In this document: positions 1 to 9,153 of the stretch, piece by piece
Layout: every line of letters begins with the position of its first letter
Position numbering within the stretch: position 1 is the stretch's first letter
DNA from: an uncultured Cognatiyoonia sp.
GTDB lineage: Bacteria > Pseudomonadota > Alphaproteobacteria > Rhodobacterales > Rhodobacteraceae
Length of the DNA stretch: 64,000 nucleotides
Direction: 5' to 3'
NCBI GenBank assembly: GCA_964414165.1
Contig: CAYPVL010000002.1
Coordinates: 9,897 to 73,896, forward strand
The notes under the pieces: generated by a model
Databases searched by the model: none
Told to the model about the DNA's origin: nothing
Seen by the model: the letters and a program-made list of their open reading frames with translations, nothing else
Made by a program: the position numbers and the translations under genes

Positions 1-596
1 TCGACCGGGACTTGAAGGGCGACAAACCCTTCGCAGGCCTGCGCATCCTCGATATCGGCTGCGGCGGTGGGCTGCTTTGCGAACCGATGGCGCGGCTTGG
101 GGCAACCGTCGTTGGGGCAGACGCGGCCGAACGCAACATCCCAGTGGCACAAATCCACGCCGAACAATCCAGGCTAGACATCGACTACCGCTTTACGACC
201 GCCGAGGCGATGGCCGCAGCAGGCGAACAATTCGACATCGTGCTGAACATGGAAGTCGTCGAACACGTCGCCGACCCGTTGGGTTATCTGACCGCCTGCC
301 AGCAACTGCTGAAACCCGGCGGGCTGCACCTGTGTTCTACGATCAACCGGAACCCAAAATCCTTCGCGATGGCGATTGTCGGGGCGGAATGGGTGATGCG
401 CTGGTTGCCCAAAGGGACGCACGAATGGAACAAGTTCATCACCCCGGACGAGCTGTTCGATCTGATGCGCAAAGCAGGGTTAGAGCCCGTGGACCGAAAG
501 GGGTACGTCTTCAACTTCGCAAGGTTCACATGGTCGATCTCGGATCGGGATTTGTCAGTGAACTATGTGACGGCGGCGTTGAAGCCAGGGAAATAA
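1..596 (+). CDS. ubiG: Ubiquinone biosynthesis O-methyltransferase UbiG, 5'-truncated by the window edge
   Basis: The frame is open back to base 3, and the listed TTG at 12 is probably internal. SAM-binding motif [11 protein letters not shown]. The C-terminal half is typical of UbiG ([25 protein letters not shown]). Confidence 0.85.
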   Translation, partial: DRDLKGDKPFAGLRILDIGCGGGLLCEPMARLGATVVGADAAERNIPVAQIHAEQSRLDIDYRFTTAEAMAAAGEQFDIVLNMEVVEHVADPLGYLTACQQLLKPGGLHLCSTINRNPKSFAMAIVGAEWVMRWLPKGTHEWNKFITPDELFDLMRKAGLEPVDRKGYVFNFARFTWSISDRDLSVNYVTAALKPGK

Positions 597-757
597 AGGA
601 ATTTTCAGCTGTCTGCTTCGCGGACAAAGCGGGCTTTCGCGCTAAAATGCAACCAATTAGGTAACTGCAATATAGAAGACACAAGCTGTTCTTGAATCTT
701 TTACGATTTTAGCCTACGTAGAGGAAAGTAATGGGATGGTCTAACCGTCCGTTCATT

Positions 758-786
758 GGCGAGCCTTGGCTCGCCTTTGAATTTTA
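758..786 (+). terminator. Candidate intrinsic terminator (hairpin plus T-rich tail), possibly bidirectional
   Basis: Perfect 8-bp stem GGCGAGCC-TT-GGCTCGCC at 758-775, followed on + by TTTGAATTTTA. It lies 160 nt after the ubiG stop and directly abuts the stop of the minus-strand DUF3800 gene. Confidence 0.4.
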
Positions 787-1584
787 TAGCCCTTCGTGAA
801 ACACGTCATATTTGCCGATCTCACATGTCGTTCCCGAGCAAAAGTGAAGTTTTTCAAGCAATGCTTCGACGGCACGTTGATCAGTTTGTGGCCGTTGACC
901 GGTCGCGTATAAGTAGTGATTTCCAATCGGTCGGGCTGTGAGATCAGCGATCTGAAGACCCGACGAATTGCTTTTCTTATCCATCAATTCAAGCCGAAAA
1001 TTCGAATAGTCACGGGTTGCCACAGGTGCCAAGAGCGATCCTTGCACCGACACCTGCTTATAGGCTCTGCTGAGAGCGGCATCATCGTCGCGTCCACGGG
1101 CTTCAAACACGATGTGCAACTCCTTCGCCAATTCTTCCGGGTCATGGACTTTCAAATAGGTCTCAATCTGACGGAATCCTCTTGAAAGGGAGATATGATA
1201 TGGATCGTAAGACTTGTGCCACTTGGGCACTTTCGGCTTATCGATAACAACGCAGAAACAGCGAAACTGCGCGTCGCGCATGAGTTGAGTCAGCTCATCC
1301 ATAAAAGTGCGTCTATGATCACCTTGGAGCCCTTCATACTTTGAGCGAACTGCAGGATCCCTGATCTTGTCGGATTTTCGCAAATCGCGCTCATGCAGAA
1401 CGATGTTGTCGCAGCCCCAATACTTGAATTTCAAACGGTTGAACCGCGGGATCAACTCATCGATGTAGTGTTCTTTCTCGAACATGCAGTAGTTGAGACA
1501 GAGCAAAGGATACTCTGGTGCCGCCTTCCAATTGGCGTCACCGCTTTCGTCAACATAAACTATGTATTTGCTGAACTCAGACAT
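784..1584 (-). CDS. DUF3800-family protein, function unknown
   Basis: 266-aa ORF with N-terminal IVYVDESGD and C-terminal GLQIADLTARPIG, the two signature motifs I associate with DUF3800. The gene and both flanks are visibly less GC-rich than the neighbours. Confidence 0.6.
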   Translation of the reverse strand: MSEFSKYIVYVDESGDANWKAAPEYPLLCLNYCMFEKEHYIDELIPRFNRLKFKYWGCDNIVLHERDLRKSDKIRDPAVRSKYEGLQGDHRRTFMDELTQLMRDAQFRCFCVVIDKPKVPKWHKSYDPYHISLSRGFRQIETYLKVHDPEELAKELHIVFEARGRDDDAALSRAYKQVSVQGSLLAPVATRDYSNFRLELMDKKSNSSGLQIADLTARPIGNHYLYATGQRPQTDQRAVEALLEKLHFCSGTTCEIGKYDVFHEGL

Positions 1585-1738
1585 TAATCACAGTCTACGG
1601 CATTTTAACAAATATTGCGAATAGGCCTCTATTCTAACTAATAAATTCAATTTCGCATAGGCCAATTGAAGGGTCGCAATCGGCTCAAAAGAGAATTTCG
1701 ATCATGCTGTCGAACAGTATGGGGTAAGCTCTAACCAC

Positions 1739-2182
1739 TCACCCGCCCCCCGACAACTTCCCACGCAACTCCCTTAACACCGGCAAAGCCCCGCGCACCT
1801 TGTCCTCGCCCACTTCGCTCACAATCCCTTCAATAACGGGCGCGATCCCCGCAATGGCAGCATCCCGCGCGGCTTGGCCAGACGGGCTGATCGCGACCAT
1901 CTTGCGACGTGCATCGTCCCAATCAGGGCGAATGTGCACCCAGCCAGCCCATTCCAGCTTGTTCAAGGTATTCGTCATCGCGCCACGGGTCAGGTGAAAA
2001 GATTTCGCCAATTGCCCCGGCGATTTTTCAGCATGGGACTGCGCCAAATGGTTCAGCACCATGAAATGCGACAGCTCCATCCCCTTGGGCATCGTCTTGG
2101 CCACGCTCGCGCGGGTCAGCTGATCCAGCGTGAGCAATTCACTAAACAGGGCAACGGCTAGGTTTTGGGTTTTGTCAGACAT
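1739..2182 (-). CDS. MarR-family transcriptional regulator
   Basis: 147 aa. Winged-HTH region LSHFMVLNHLAQ...SPGQLAKSFHLTRGAMTNTLNKLEWAGWV is typical MarR. Its start overlaps the upstream nit gene by 25 nt. Confidence 0.85.
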   Translation of the reverse strand: MSDKTQNLAVALFSELLTLDQLTRASVAKTMPKGMELSHFMVLNHLAQSHAEKSPGQLAKSFHLTRGAMTNTLNKLEWAGWVHIRPDWDDARRKMVAISPSGQAARDAAIAGIAPVIEGIVSEVGEDKVRGALPVLRELRGKLSGGG

Positions 2183-3000
2183 TGGGGCGGGGCATATTCT
2201 TGATCATGGGTAAGCGCGGCAATGCGCTGCCGTGCTTGTGCCACTTCCGCAAGGTCAAGATCAATGATTGTGATGCCCACATCGGTCCCCGCATCCGCCA
2301 AAACATCGCCCCAAGGCGAAATCGCCATGGAATGCCCATAAGTTGCGCGCTTGGGGGAATGCTGGCCCGTTTGCGCCGCAGCCAGCACGAAACACCCAGT
2401 TTCAATCGCCCGCGCGCGCAGCAGGCTTTCCCAATGTGCGGCACCCGTCACAGGCGAAAAGGCGGCAGGCACCAGCAGGATATCCGCCCCTGCCTTAGCC
2501 AGATCGCGATGCAAATGGGGAAAGCGGACATCATAGCAAATTGTCAGACCCACCCCTCCAAAAGGGGTTTGGGCGACGACAGCCCGATCACCGGGGCGAT
2601 ATCCTTTTGATTCCTGATAGGTCTCGGCCTTTGACACCTGCACGTCGAACATGTGGATTTTGTCATAGCGGGCGACGATCTCTCCATCAGGCGAAATCAG
2701 GAAAGACCGATTTGCAAAGCGCCCATCAGGATCGTCCGTCTTTAAGCCAAGCGACCCAATCGAAAGCCATACGCCCAAAGCGCGGGCTTCATTGCGCAAG
2801 GCAGCCAGCGTAAGATCACTGGCCTCATCCTGCAAAACCTGCGCCATTGCGGCACGGTTCAGTGAAATGCAATTCGTCACCTCAGGGGTCAGGATAAAAC
2901 CGGCCCCCTGCCCCGCTGCTTCACGTATCATTGCACGGGTCACCTCCAAATTCACCGCCGGATCACCGCCGGACGTCATCTGGAGAAGGGCCGCCTTCAT
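2158..3000 (-). CDS. Carbon-nitrogen hydrolase (Nit / omega-amidase-like)
   Basis: 280 aa. E-K-C triad context: ILTPEVTN, YDKIHMFD, GLTICYDVRFP. 4-nt overlap with grxC. Confidence 0.85.
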   Translation of the reverse strand: MKAALLQMTSGGDPAVNLEVTRAMIREAAGQGAGFILTPEVTNCISLNRAAMAQVLQDEASDLTLAALRNEARALGVWLSIGSLGLKTDDPDGRFANRSFLISPDGEIVARYDKIHMFDVQVSKAETYQESKGYRPGDRAVVAQTPFGGVGLTICYDVRFPHLHRDLAKAGADILLVPAAFSPVTGAAHWESLLRARAIETGCFVLAAAQTGQHSPKRATYGHSMAISPWGDVLADAGTDVGITIIDLDLAEVAQARQRIAALTHDQEYAPPQCLTKPKT

Positions 3001-3254
3001 GCAGCCAGCATCTTGTCCAGCTTACCCGCCTGTTCAAGCGCGAACAGATCATCGCAGCCGCCCACATGTTTGCCATCAATGAAAATCTGCGGAACAGTCG
3101 TGCCGCCATTGGCGCGCTGCACCATCTCGGCGCGCTTTGCGGGCTGGGCGGTGATGTTCGTTTCAGCAAAGCTGACGCTTTTGGAATTCAGCAGCCGCTT
3201 GGCCATGTGGCAAAAACCGCAGGTGGGTTTGGTATAGATCTCAACAGTCGCCAT
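2997..3254 (-). CDS. grxC: Glutaredoxin 3
   Basis: 85 aa. Active site CGFC. TVPQIFIDGKHVGGCDDL is the classical Grx3 C-terminal motif. Confidence 0.9.
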   Translation of the reverse strand: MATVEIYTKPTCGFCHMAKRLLNSKSVSFAETNITAQPAKRAEMVQRANGGTTVPQIFIDGKHVGGCDDLFALEQAGKLDKMLAA

Positions 3255-3288
3255 AAGCGGGGCATCCTTATTCTGGTTCGGCTTCTAT

Positions 3289-3999
3289 CTAAGCGTCCTT
3301 CACCACCCGCGCCAGCGCAAGAACGCACACTGACTGTGCGCCAGCTGCCAGTGCGGCCTCGGCACAGGCTGCAAAAGTCGCACCCGATGTCATCACATCA
3401 TCGACCAAGACCACATCGCGGCCTTTCATCAAAGCACCGCGGCGCAGGTGCGGGACAATCGCGCCCTGCAAGGCAGCAAAGCGGGCATCACGGGTGTGCC
3501 CATCCAGTGCTTTCGTGCGTTTGGGGCGGTGCAAAGCATCGCCACAAACGTCCGCGCCGGTGCCGCGGGCAACACCCTTGGCCAGCTCAGCCGCCTGATT
3601 ATACCGACGCTTGAACAACCGGGTCCAATGCAAGGGTACGGGCACAAGCAAACTGTCCGGGCTGATGAAATCCCGCCCCGCATGCGCCATCCAAGCCGCA
3701 AGTGACGGCACCAGATCCAAGCGATCCCCGTGCTTAAGGCCTAGCGCAAGCCGCCGCCCCATATCCTTATACACCAACGCCGCGCGACCCTTTTCCCAAG
3801 GGCGGGCGATGACCATGCAGTCATCACATTGCAAATCATCCCCTGCACCCATCAACGGCATCCCGCAACTGTCACAGCAGGTGCCGTGAATGAACCAGGT
3901 GTCGCGCCAGCAATCCCCGCACAGGCCGTGCTCGGCCTCGGTCAGTGCCTCGCAGGCAACACATTGGGCAGGATAAATTGCGCGGATCACACTTTGCAT
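3289..3999 (-). CDS. comF: ComF-family phosphoribosyltransferase-domain protein
   Basis: N-terminal Cys-rich double zinc ribbon (CVAC...CGDC...CDSC...CDDC). C-terminal PRTase motif VVLVDDVMTSGAT. Confidence 0.8.
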   Translation of the reverse strand: MQSVIRAIYPAQCVACEALTEAEHGLCGDCWRDTWFIHGTCCDSCGMPLMGAGDDLQCDDCMVIARPWEKGRAALVYKDMGRRLALGLKHGDRLDLVPSLAAWMAHAGRDFISPDSLLVPVPLHWTRLFKRRYNQAAELAKGVARGTGADVCGDALHRPKRTKALDGHTRDARFAALQGAIVPHLRRGALMKGRDVVLVDDVMTSGATFAACAEAALAAGAQSVCVLALARVVKDA

Positions 4000-4018
4000 C
4001 TTCGCATCCGTCCCCTAC

Positions 4019-4834
4019 ATGGGCGGCATGACCGCCCCAATCCTCACTGACCGCGCCGCGCTTGCGCGCAACCGCAAACGCGCCAAGACAGACGCGCTGT
4101 TCCTGCACGACATCATCGCGGATGAACTGCATGATCGACTGGGCGAGGTTAACAGGACGTTTAAATCCATCGGAATCGTGACAGGTTTCCCCGATCACTG
4201 GGCGCAACACTTCCCGGATGCAACGATCGTGGCCGACGACGACACGCTTGCGCTGCAACCGCAAAGCCACGACCTGATTCTGCATGTGATGGCGCTACAC
4301 TGGGCGAACGATCCGGTGGGGCAACTGGTGCAATGTCGGCATGCGCTCAAACCCGACGGGCTGCTTTTGTGCAGCCTCTTTGGCGGGCAAACACTCAATG
4401 AACTGCGCACGTCACTCGCACAAGCCGAGGCAAACATCACCGGTGGGCTTTCCCCCCGGATCGCGCCTATGGGTGAAATCCGCGACCTAGGGGCATTGCT
4501 GCAACGGGCCGGTTTCGCACTGCCTGTGGCCGATGGCACTCCGCTGAAGGTCACTTATGAAACGCCCTTCCACCTGATGCGGGAACTGCGGCACATGGGT
4601 GAAGGAAACGCGCTTGATGCGCGGATCAAACACCCCACAAGACGGGGCGTGCTGACCGAAGCAGCAGCGATCTACCAAGACAGCTTTGCCGACGGCGACC
4701 GGATCAAAGCGACTTTTGAGGTGATCACCCTGACCGGCTGGGCGCCGTCCGAAGATCAGCCCAAAGCCCTGCGCCCCGGCAGTGCAACCACCCGCTTGGC
4801 AGACGTCCTGAATACCAAAGAAACAAAGATTTGA
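4019..4834 (+). CDS. Class I SAM-dependent methyltransferase (BioC/NDUFAF5-like)
   Basis: 271 aa. LHWANDPVGQLVQCRHALKPDGLLL resembles the post-II region of BioC/NDUFAF5-type methyltransferases. Divergent from comF with only a 19-bp spacer. Confidence 0.7.
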   Translation: MGGMTAPILTDRAALARNRKRAKTDALFLHDIIADELHDRLGEVNRTFKSIGIVTGFPDHWAQHFPDATIVADDDTLALQPQSHDLILHVMALHWANDPVGQLVQCRHALKPDGLLLCSLFGGQTLNELRTSLAQAEANITGGLSPRIAPMGEIRDLGALLQRAGFALPVADGTPLKVTYETPFHLMRELRHMGEGNALDARIKHPTRRGVLTEAAAIYQDSFADGDRIKATFEVITLTGWAPSEDQPKALRPGSATTRLADVLNTKETKI

Positions 4835-4902
4835 GTGGTCCAACAATTGACGCGCGCCGTAATCCATTTAAGTGACCCACTTTATCGGGTATCCTAGAAA
4901 GC

Positions 4903-5991
4903 ATGAGCATGTTTGACGCACAAAAGGCCGACACCCCGCGCGAAGCGGTTTGTCCGATGCACGCACCATCTGATCACCCCAAGGTGCAACCTGCCCGGGT
5001 CGGCATCCTGATCGCAAACCTCGGCACGCCCGATGCGACCGACTATTGGTCAATGCGGCGCTACCTGAATGAATTTCTGTCCGACAAGCGGGTGGTGGAT
5101 TATTCCGCATGGCTTTGGCAGCCGCTTTTGCAATTGATCATCCTGACCAAGCGACCCTTTTCATCCGGAGCGGCCTACAAATCGATCTGGAACGAAGAAG
5201 ACAACGAAAGCCCGCTTCTGACGATCACCAAAAAGCAAACTGCAGCAATCAAAGCAGAAATGCAGGCCCGATACGGCGATGATGTGGTGGTCGATTTCTG
5301 CATGCGCTACGGCAACCCCTCGACCAAATCCAAAGTCCGCGAGATGACGGAAAAAGGCTGCCAGAAAATCCTCTTCTTCCCGCTTTATCCGCACTATGCC
5401 GGGGCAACATCTGCGACGGCAAACGACCAGTTCTTCCGCGCACTCATGGAAGAAAAGTGGCAGCCCATCGCCCGCGTCGTGGAACCCTACTTTGAGGACC
5501 CGGCCTATATCGACGCGCTCGCGCAAAGCATCGAAAAGGCTTATGCAGCAGCGGAAACCAAGCCCGAAATGCTGGTCTGCTCCTACCACGGCGTGCCCGA
5601 ACGGTACCTGCGCGAAGGCGACCCGTATCATTGCCAATGTCAGAAAACGACAAGACTGCTGAAAGAGCGGCTTGGCTGGGAAGACACGCAAATCAAAACG
5701 ACGTTCCAGTCCCGCTTTGGCCCCGAAGAATGGCTGAAACCCTACACCGTGAAAGAGGTCGCGCGACTAGCCGAAGAAGACGGGATCAAAAACATCGCCG
5801 TTTGCGCACCCGCCTTTTCATCCGATTGCATCGAAACGCTGGAAGAGATCAACGAAGAAATCAAAGAAAGCTTTGAAGAAGCCGGCGGAGAACACTTCAC
5901 CTATATCCCCTGCCTCAACGACGACGCAGCCCACATCCACGCGCTCTGCGGCGTGATCGACCAGAACCTGCTGGGCTGGGTGAACCGCTAA
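4903..5991 (+). CDS. hemH: Ferrochelatase
   Basis: 362 aa. VGILIANLGTPD, FFPLYPHY, SYHGVPERYLREGDPY and APAFSSDCIETLEEI are ferrochelatase signatures. Confidence 0.9.
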   Translation: MSMFDAQKADTPREAVCPMHAPSDHPKVQPARVGILIANLGTPDATDYWSMRRYLNEFLSDKRVVDYSAWLWQPLLQLIILTKRPFSSGAAYKSIWNEEDNESPLLTITKKQTAAIKAEMQARYGDDVVVDFCMRYGNPSTKSKVREMTEKGCQKILFFPLYPHYAGATSATANDQFFRALMEEKWQPIARVVEPYFEDPAYIDALAQSIEKAYAAAETKPEMLVCSYHGVPERYLREGDPYHCQCQKTTRLLKERLGWEDTQIKTTFQSRFGPEEWLKPYTVKEVARLAEEDGIKNIAVCAPAFSSDCIETLEEINEEIKESFEEAGGEHFTYIPCLNDDAAHIHALCGVIDQNLLGWVNR

Positions 5992-6062
5992 AGCACGCCG
6001 GAGGCAGCCCACAAAAAGCAAAACGGCCAGCCCATAAAAGACCAGCCGCCAGCAAATCGTAG

Positions 6063-6081
6063 GGTGGGTTAATCACCCACC
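6063..6081 (-). terminator. Weak hairpin between the convergent hemH and ldt ends
   Basis: GGTGGGT-TAATC-ACCCACC, a 7-bp perfect stem 6 nt after the ldt stop. The T-tract is poor (only TTT on the minus strand). Confidence 0.3.
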
Positions 6082-6086
6082 ACCCG

Positions 6087-6683
6087 TCAGATCAACAACA
6101 CCTGTGTTCCAACCTTGGCCATACCAAACAGTTCAGCAATATGCTCATTATAAAGGCCAATACATCCATTCGATGAGCGACGCCCAATCTTGCGCGTGTC
6201 GTGGGTGCCGTGGATGCGGTAATACTGCCAAGACAGATAAAGCGCATGGGTGCCAAGAGGGTTATCCGGGCCCGGCGGAATACGTTCGGGCCATTCAGGA
6301 TTGCGTTCACGCATGGATGGGGTCGGGGCCCATGACGGGCCTTCGACCTTGCGGATCACTTCAGTACGGCCCTTGCGGGTCAGATCAGCGGTCAGGGGCA
6401 CGCTGGATGGATAAAGCTTATAAATGCTCTCATCCTCGGACCAAAAGTGAACGGCGCGCGATTGAATATCGCACAGGATCGCGCCACCGGTCAGGGTCGC
6501 AAAGTGCGGACGCCAGTCAAGCGAACGAAAGCTAGCCGTATTGCGCTGCACACTGGCCGAGACATTGGCCTCAACCTCGGTGCTATTCGCGGTCGTCTGC
6601 GCAAACGCGCCAGTGCCAACAACAGCAGCCCCCGCAGCCAAAAAGCCGCGGCGGGAAAAATCGGAAAGAGTCTTCTTGGTCAT
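6087..6683 (-). CDS. L,D-transpeptidase (YkuD domain) with twin-arginine signal peptide
   Basis: Tat-like SRRGFLAAGAAVVGTGAFA. Catalytic motif IHGTHDTRKIGRRSSNGCIGL. I prefer the ATG at 6683 over the TTG at 6710 listed in the track. Confidence 0.8.
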   Translation of the reverse strand: MTKKTLSDFSRRGFLAAGAAVVGTGAFAQTTANSTEVEANVSASVQRNTASFRSLDWRPHFATLTGGAILCDIQSRAVHFWSEDESIYKLYPSSVPLTADLTRKGRTEVIRKVEGPSWAPTPSMRERNPEWPERIPPGPDNPLGTHALYLSWQYYRIHGTHDTRKIGRRSSNGCIGLYNEHIAELFGMAKVGTQVLLI

Positions 6684-6845
6684 CTCAGGTGCCCTTAAAA
6701 AGAGGTTCAATCGTTATGTGTGTCGTCTATGGCGCGATTTCAACGCAGGCAAATCAAACTAACGTCATATCAGCACGCATCCGCGCAACAGGGTTTGAAG
6801 TGTGACACCTTTGTCGCTAAGCAAACCGGGACCAACAAGACGAGT

Positions 6846-7391
6846 ATGACCATGTTCAGACGAGAATTGATCCTTGGCGGTGCCGCATTGGCGCTGGCAG
6901 CTTGCACCCCGCCCTCCGGGCGAATTGGGCCAGATGGGCTGCCTTTGCCGCAGGTCTACAACATCGGTCCCGGTGACCGGGACGCGATCCAGTTCCGCAT
7001 GCTCGACAGCGTGAACACGTTGCGCCAGGCAGCGGGTGCGCCACCTGTGTCACTTAGCCCGGAACTGAACGCCGCCGCGGAAACCCACGCGCGGGATATG
7101 TCGGTGCAAAACCGTCCTTGGCTGTTTGGGTCTGACGGATCATCTCCGCTTGATCGCGCACGGCAGGCCGGATTTCGGGGACAGCTTTTGGGGGAAAACA
7201 TCTCTGAAAGCTATGAAACCGAACTTGAAACCCTTGCGGCATGGATGGAAGGGCAAGACACGCGCAGCGTAATCCTTGATCCAAACGCACGTTTCATGGG
7301 GCTTGGATGGTTTCAGGAATCAGCAGGCAAGCTTTGGTGGTCGATGACCATCGGCAGCGCGGTTGGCGCAACGGCGGCTACGCCGTCCTAA
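6846..7391 (+). CDS. CAP/SCP (PR-1-like) domain lipoprotein
   Basis: Lipobox LALAAC after the ATG at 6846; the listed 6720 start adds a non-signal extension. CAP-like core: ELNAAAETHARDM...GENISESY...WM...ILDPNARFMGLGW. Confidence 0.7.
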   Translation: MTMFRRELILGGAALALAACTPPSGRIGPDGLPLPQVYNIGPGDRDAIQFRMLDSVNTLRQAAGAPPVSLSPELNAAAETHARDMSVQNRPWLFGSDGSSPLDRARQAGFRGQLLGENISESYETELETLAAWMEGQDTRSVILDPNARFMGLGWFQESAGKLWWSMTIGSAVGATAATPS

Positions 7392-7882
7392 GGATAGATG
7401 TAGATCACCGTCCCGACGTTCACCATCGCATAGATTTCTTCCATCTCTTCGTTCGTGACGGCGATGCACCCCCACGTCCAATCCGCCTCTCCTGCGAACA
7501 TGCCGGGGGTGCCGTGGATGAAAATATCACCCCCGGGACTTTTGCCTAACCGGCGGGCTTTGGCGCGGTCATTCGCGTTGGGATAATTGATCTTAAGTGA
7601 CAGGTGAAACCGGCTATCCGGGTTCTTGAAGGAAATGCGATAGGCACCTTCAGGGGTTTTACCATCACCTTCGATTTCCTTGTGACCTTCAGGCGCAAAG
7701 CCAAGGTCAAAGTCATAACCCCGCAGGACTTTGTCACCCGCAAACAGATACATCTTGCGATCATGTTTGGTGACTTGGATTTTCGTAACAGGCGGCCCAC
7801 TGTATGGCCGTACCTTGCTTGCACAGGCCGACAGGAACGTGCCCAGCGCGCCCAGCAATACGAAACGTCGTGTAAAACCCAT
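7388..7882 (-). CDS. L,D-transpeptidase-family lipoprotein (YafK-like)
   Basis: Lipobox FLSAC. Catalytic region IFIHGTPG...WTWGCIAVTNEEMEEIY. Confidence 0.75.
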   Translation of the reverse strand: MGFTRRFVLLGALGTFLSACASKVRPYSGPPVTKIQVTKHDRKMYLFAGDKVLRGYDFDLGFAPEGHKEIEGDGKTPEGAYRISFKNPDSRFHLSLKINYPNANDRAKARRLGKSPGGDIFIHGTPGMFAGEADWTWGCIAVTNEEMEEIYAMVNVGTVIYIYP

Positions 7883-7947
7883 CTGCCCTCTACCCCGGTC
7901 TTCTGCCGATGTCGCACACCCTTAACACGCCCGGCAACTGCGCGTCA

Positions 7948-9150
7948 TCACAGACGTGTGAAAGATCCGACCATTTCAACATGCGCCGACCAGCGGAACT
8001 GATCAACCACCTGCACCCAGTTAAAGGTGTAGCCGCCATCAACCAAGGTCGCGGCGTCACGGGCAAAGCTGACCGGGTTGCACGACACCATCGCAATGGT
8101 CTTGATCTTGGACTTAGCCAGTACCGCAACCTGCGCCTCGGCACCCGCGCGCGGCGGGTCAATCACAGCCGCATCAAAGCGGCGCAATTCATCCTCTTCC
8201 AGCGGACGGCGGAACAAATCCCGCGTCTCGGTGGTGACGCGCTTCAACCCTTGGGCCAAGCGCCAGCCCTTATCCAAAGACGCGAGCATTGGCTTTTCGC
8301 CCTCAACCGCATGGACTTCTGCAGCTTCTGCAAGGGGCAAAGCAAAAGTGCCGCACCCCGAAAACAGGTCAACAATCTGCTTGGCACCTTTAGTGATATC
8401 CATAACAGACGCGACCAAAGCCGCCTCGCCATCCATCGTTGCCTGCAAGAACGCACCGGCCGGGGGCACAACGCGGGCTTTGCCAAATTGCTGCACCGGT
8501 GGGTTCATCTCAACCACAGGATCATCACCCCAAACCAGACGTGCGATACCATGGGTCTGGGCAAAGACAGCCAAATCAGCGCGCAGCTGCGGGGAAAGCG
8601 CAACATCGGTATCCACCAGAATATCTGGGCCAACAGCTGTGTCGGTCACAGTCAAAGCAATCTCACCCTTGCGGGTGGCGGCCATGGTCGTCAACGCCTC
8701 AAGGGCGGGCATCGCAGCCAGCATTGTAGGCGTTACCAACTGACAATCCGGGACAGCGACGATCACGTCAGAGGCACGGGCATGAAACCCGACCATTGCG
8801 CCTTTCTTGGTGCGCTTGGCAGAAAATTTTGCCCGCCGACGCGACCGCGCGGGCGATGTATGGATTTCGCGGAAAACAGGGCCTAACCCTTGGGCTTTGA
8901 CCGCTTTGCGCACAATATCTGTCTTCCAATCGCGCACAAATTCGTCCGACGCATGCTGCATCGCACAGCCACCGCAGGATTTGAAATGCCGACAAGGGGC
9001 GGCAACGCGGTTCGTCGAAGGGGTAATGATGCGAACGGTCCCGTCTTGTATGACCTCAACTTCTTCACCGGGCAAAACGCGCGGCAGCAATGACCGCCCG
9101 TCATCCACCTTACCCATCCCCAAATGGGTCAGCCCTTCAATCATCGCCAT
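7948..9150 (-). CDS. Class I SAM-dependent RNA (uracil-5-)-methyltransferase, RumA/TrmA family
   Basis: 400 aa. Fe-S-type cysteines CRHFKSCGGC. SAM site DLFSGCGTFALPLA. C-terminal SCNPVSFARD and FRWSAHVE motifs. Confidence 0.8.
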   Translation of the reverse strand: MAMIEGLTHLGMGKVDDGRSLLPRVLPGEEVEVIQDGTVRIITPSTNRVAAPCRHFKSCGGCAMQHASDEFVRDWKTDIVRKAVKAQGLGPVFREIHTSPARSRRRAKFSAKRTKKGAMVGFHARASDVIVAVPDCQLVTPTMLAAMPALEALTTMAATRKGEIALTVTDTAVGPDILVDTDVALSPQLRADLAVFAQTHGIARLVWGDDPVVEMNPPVQQFGKARVVPPAGAFLQATMDGEAALVASVMDITKGAKQIVDLFSGCGTFALPLAEAAEVHAVEGEKPMLASLDKGWRLAQGLKRVTTETRDLFRRPLEEDELRRFDAAVIDPPRAGAEAQVAVLAKSKIKTIAMVSCNPVSFARDAATLVDGGYTFNWVQVVDQFRWSAHVEMVGSFTRL

Positions 9151-9153
9151 TGT

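Noticed and set aside
731-780. Tiny 15-codon ORF (MGWSNRPFIGEPWLAF) with an AGGAAA upstream, in the ubiG-DUF3800 spacer.
   Set aside because: It is too short and largely consists of the terminator-like hairpin sequence. Nothing supports it as coding.
788-803. parS-like half-sites: AGCCCTTCGTGAAACA here, CTGTTTCACGCCC at 40079-40095, and TTTCCACGTGTGA near 16795-16810.
   Set aside because: Only 9-10 of 16 positions match the palindrome and one arm is missing. This is most likely chance.
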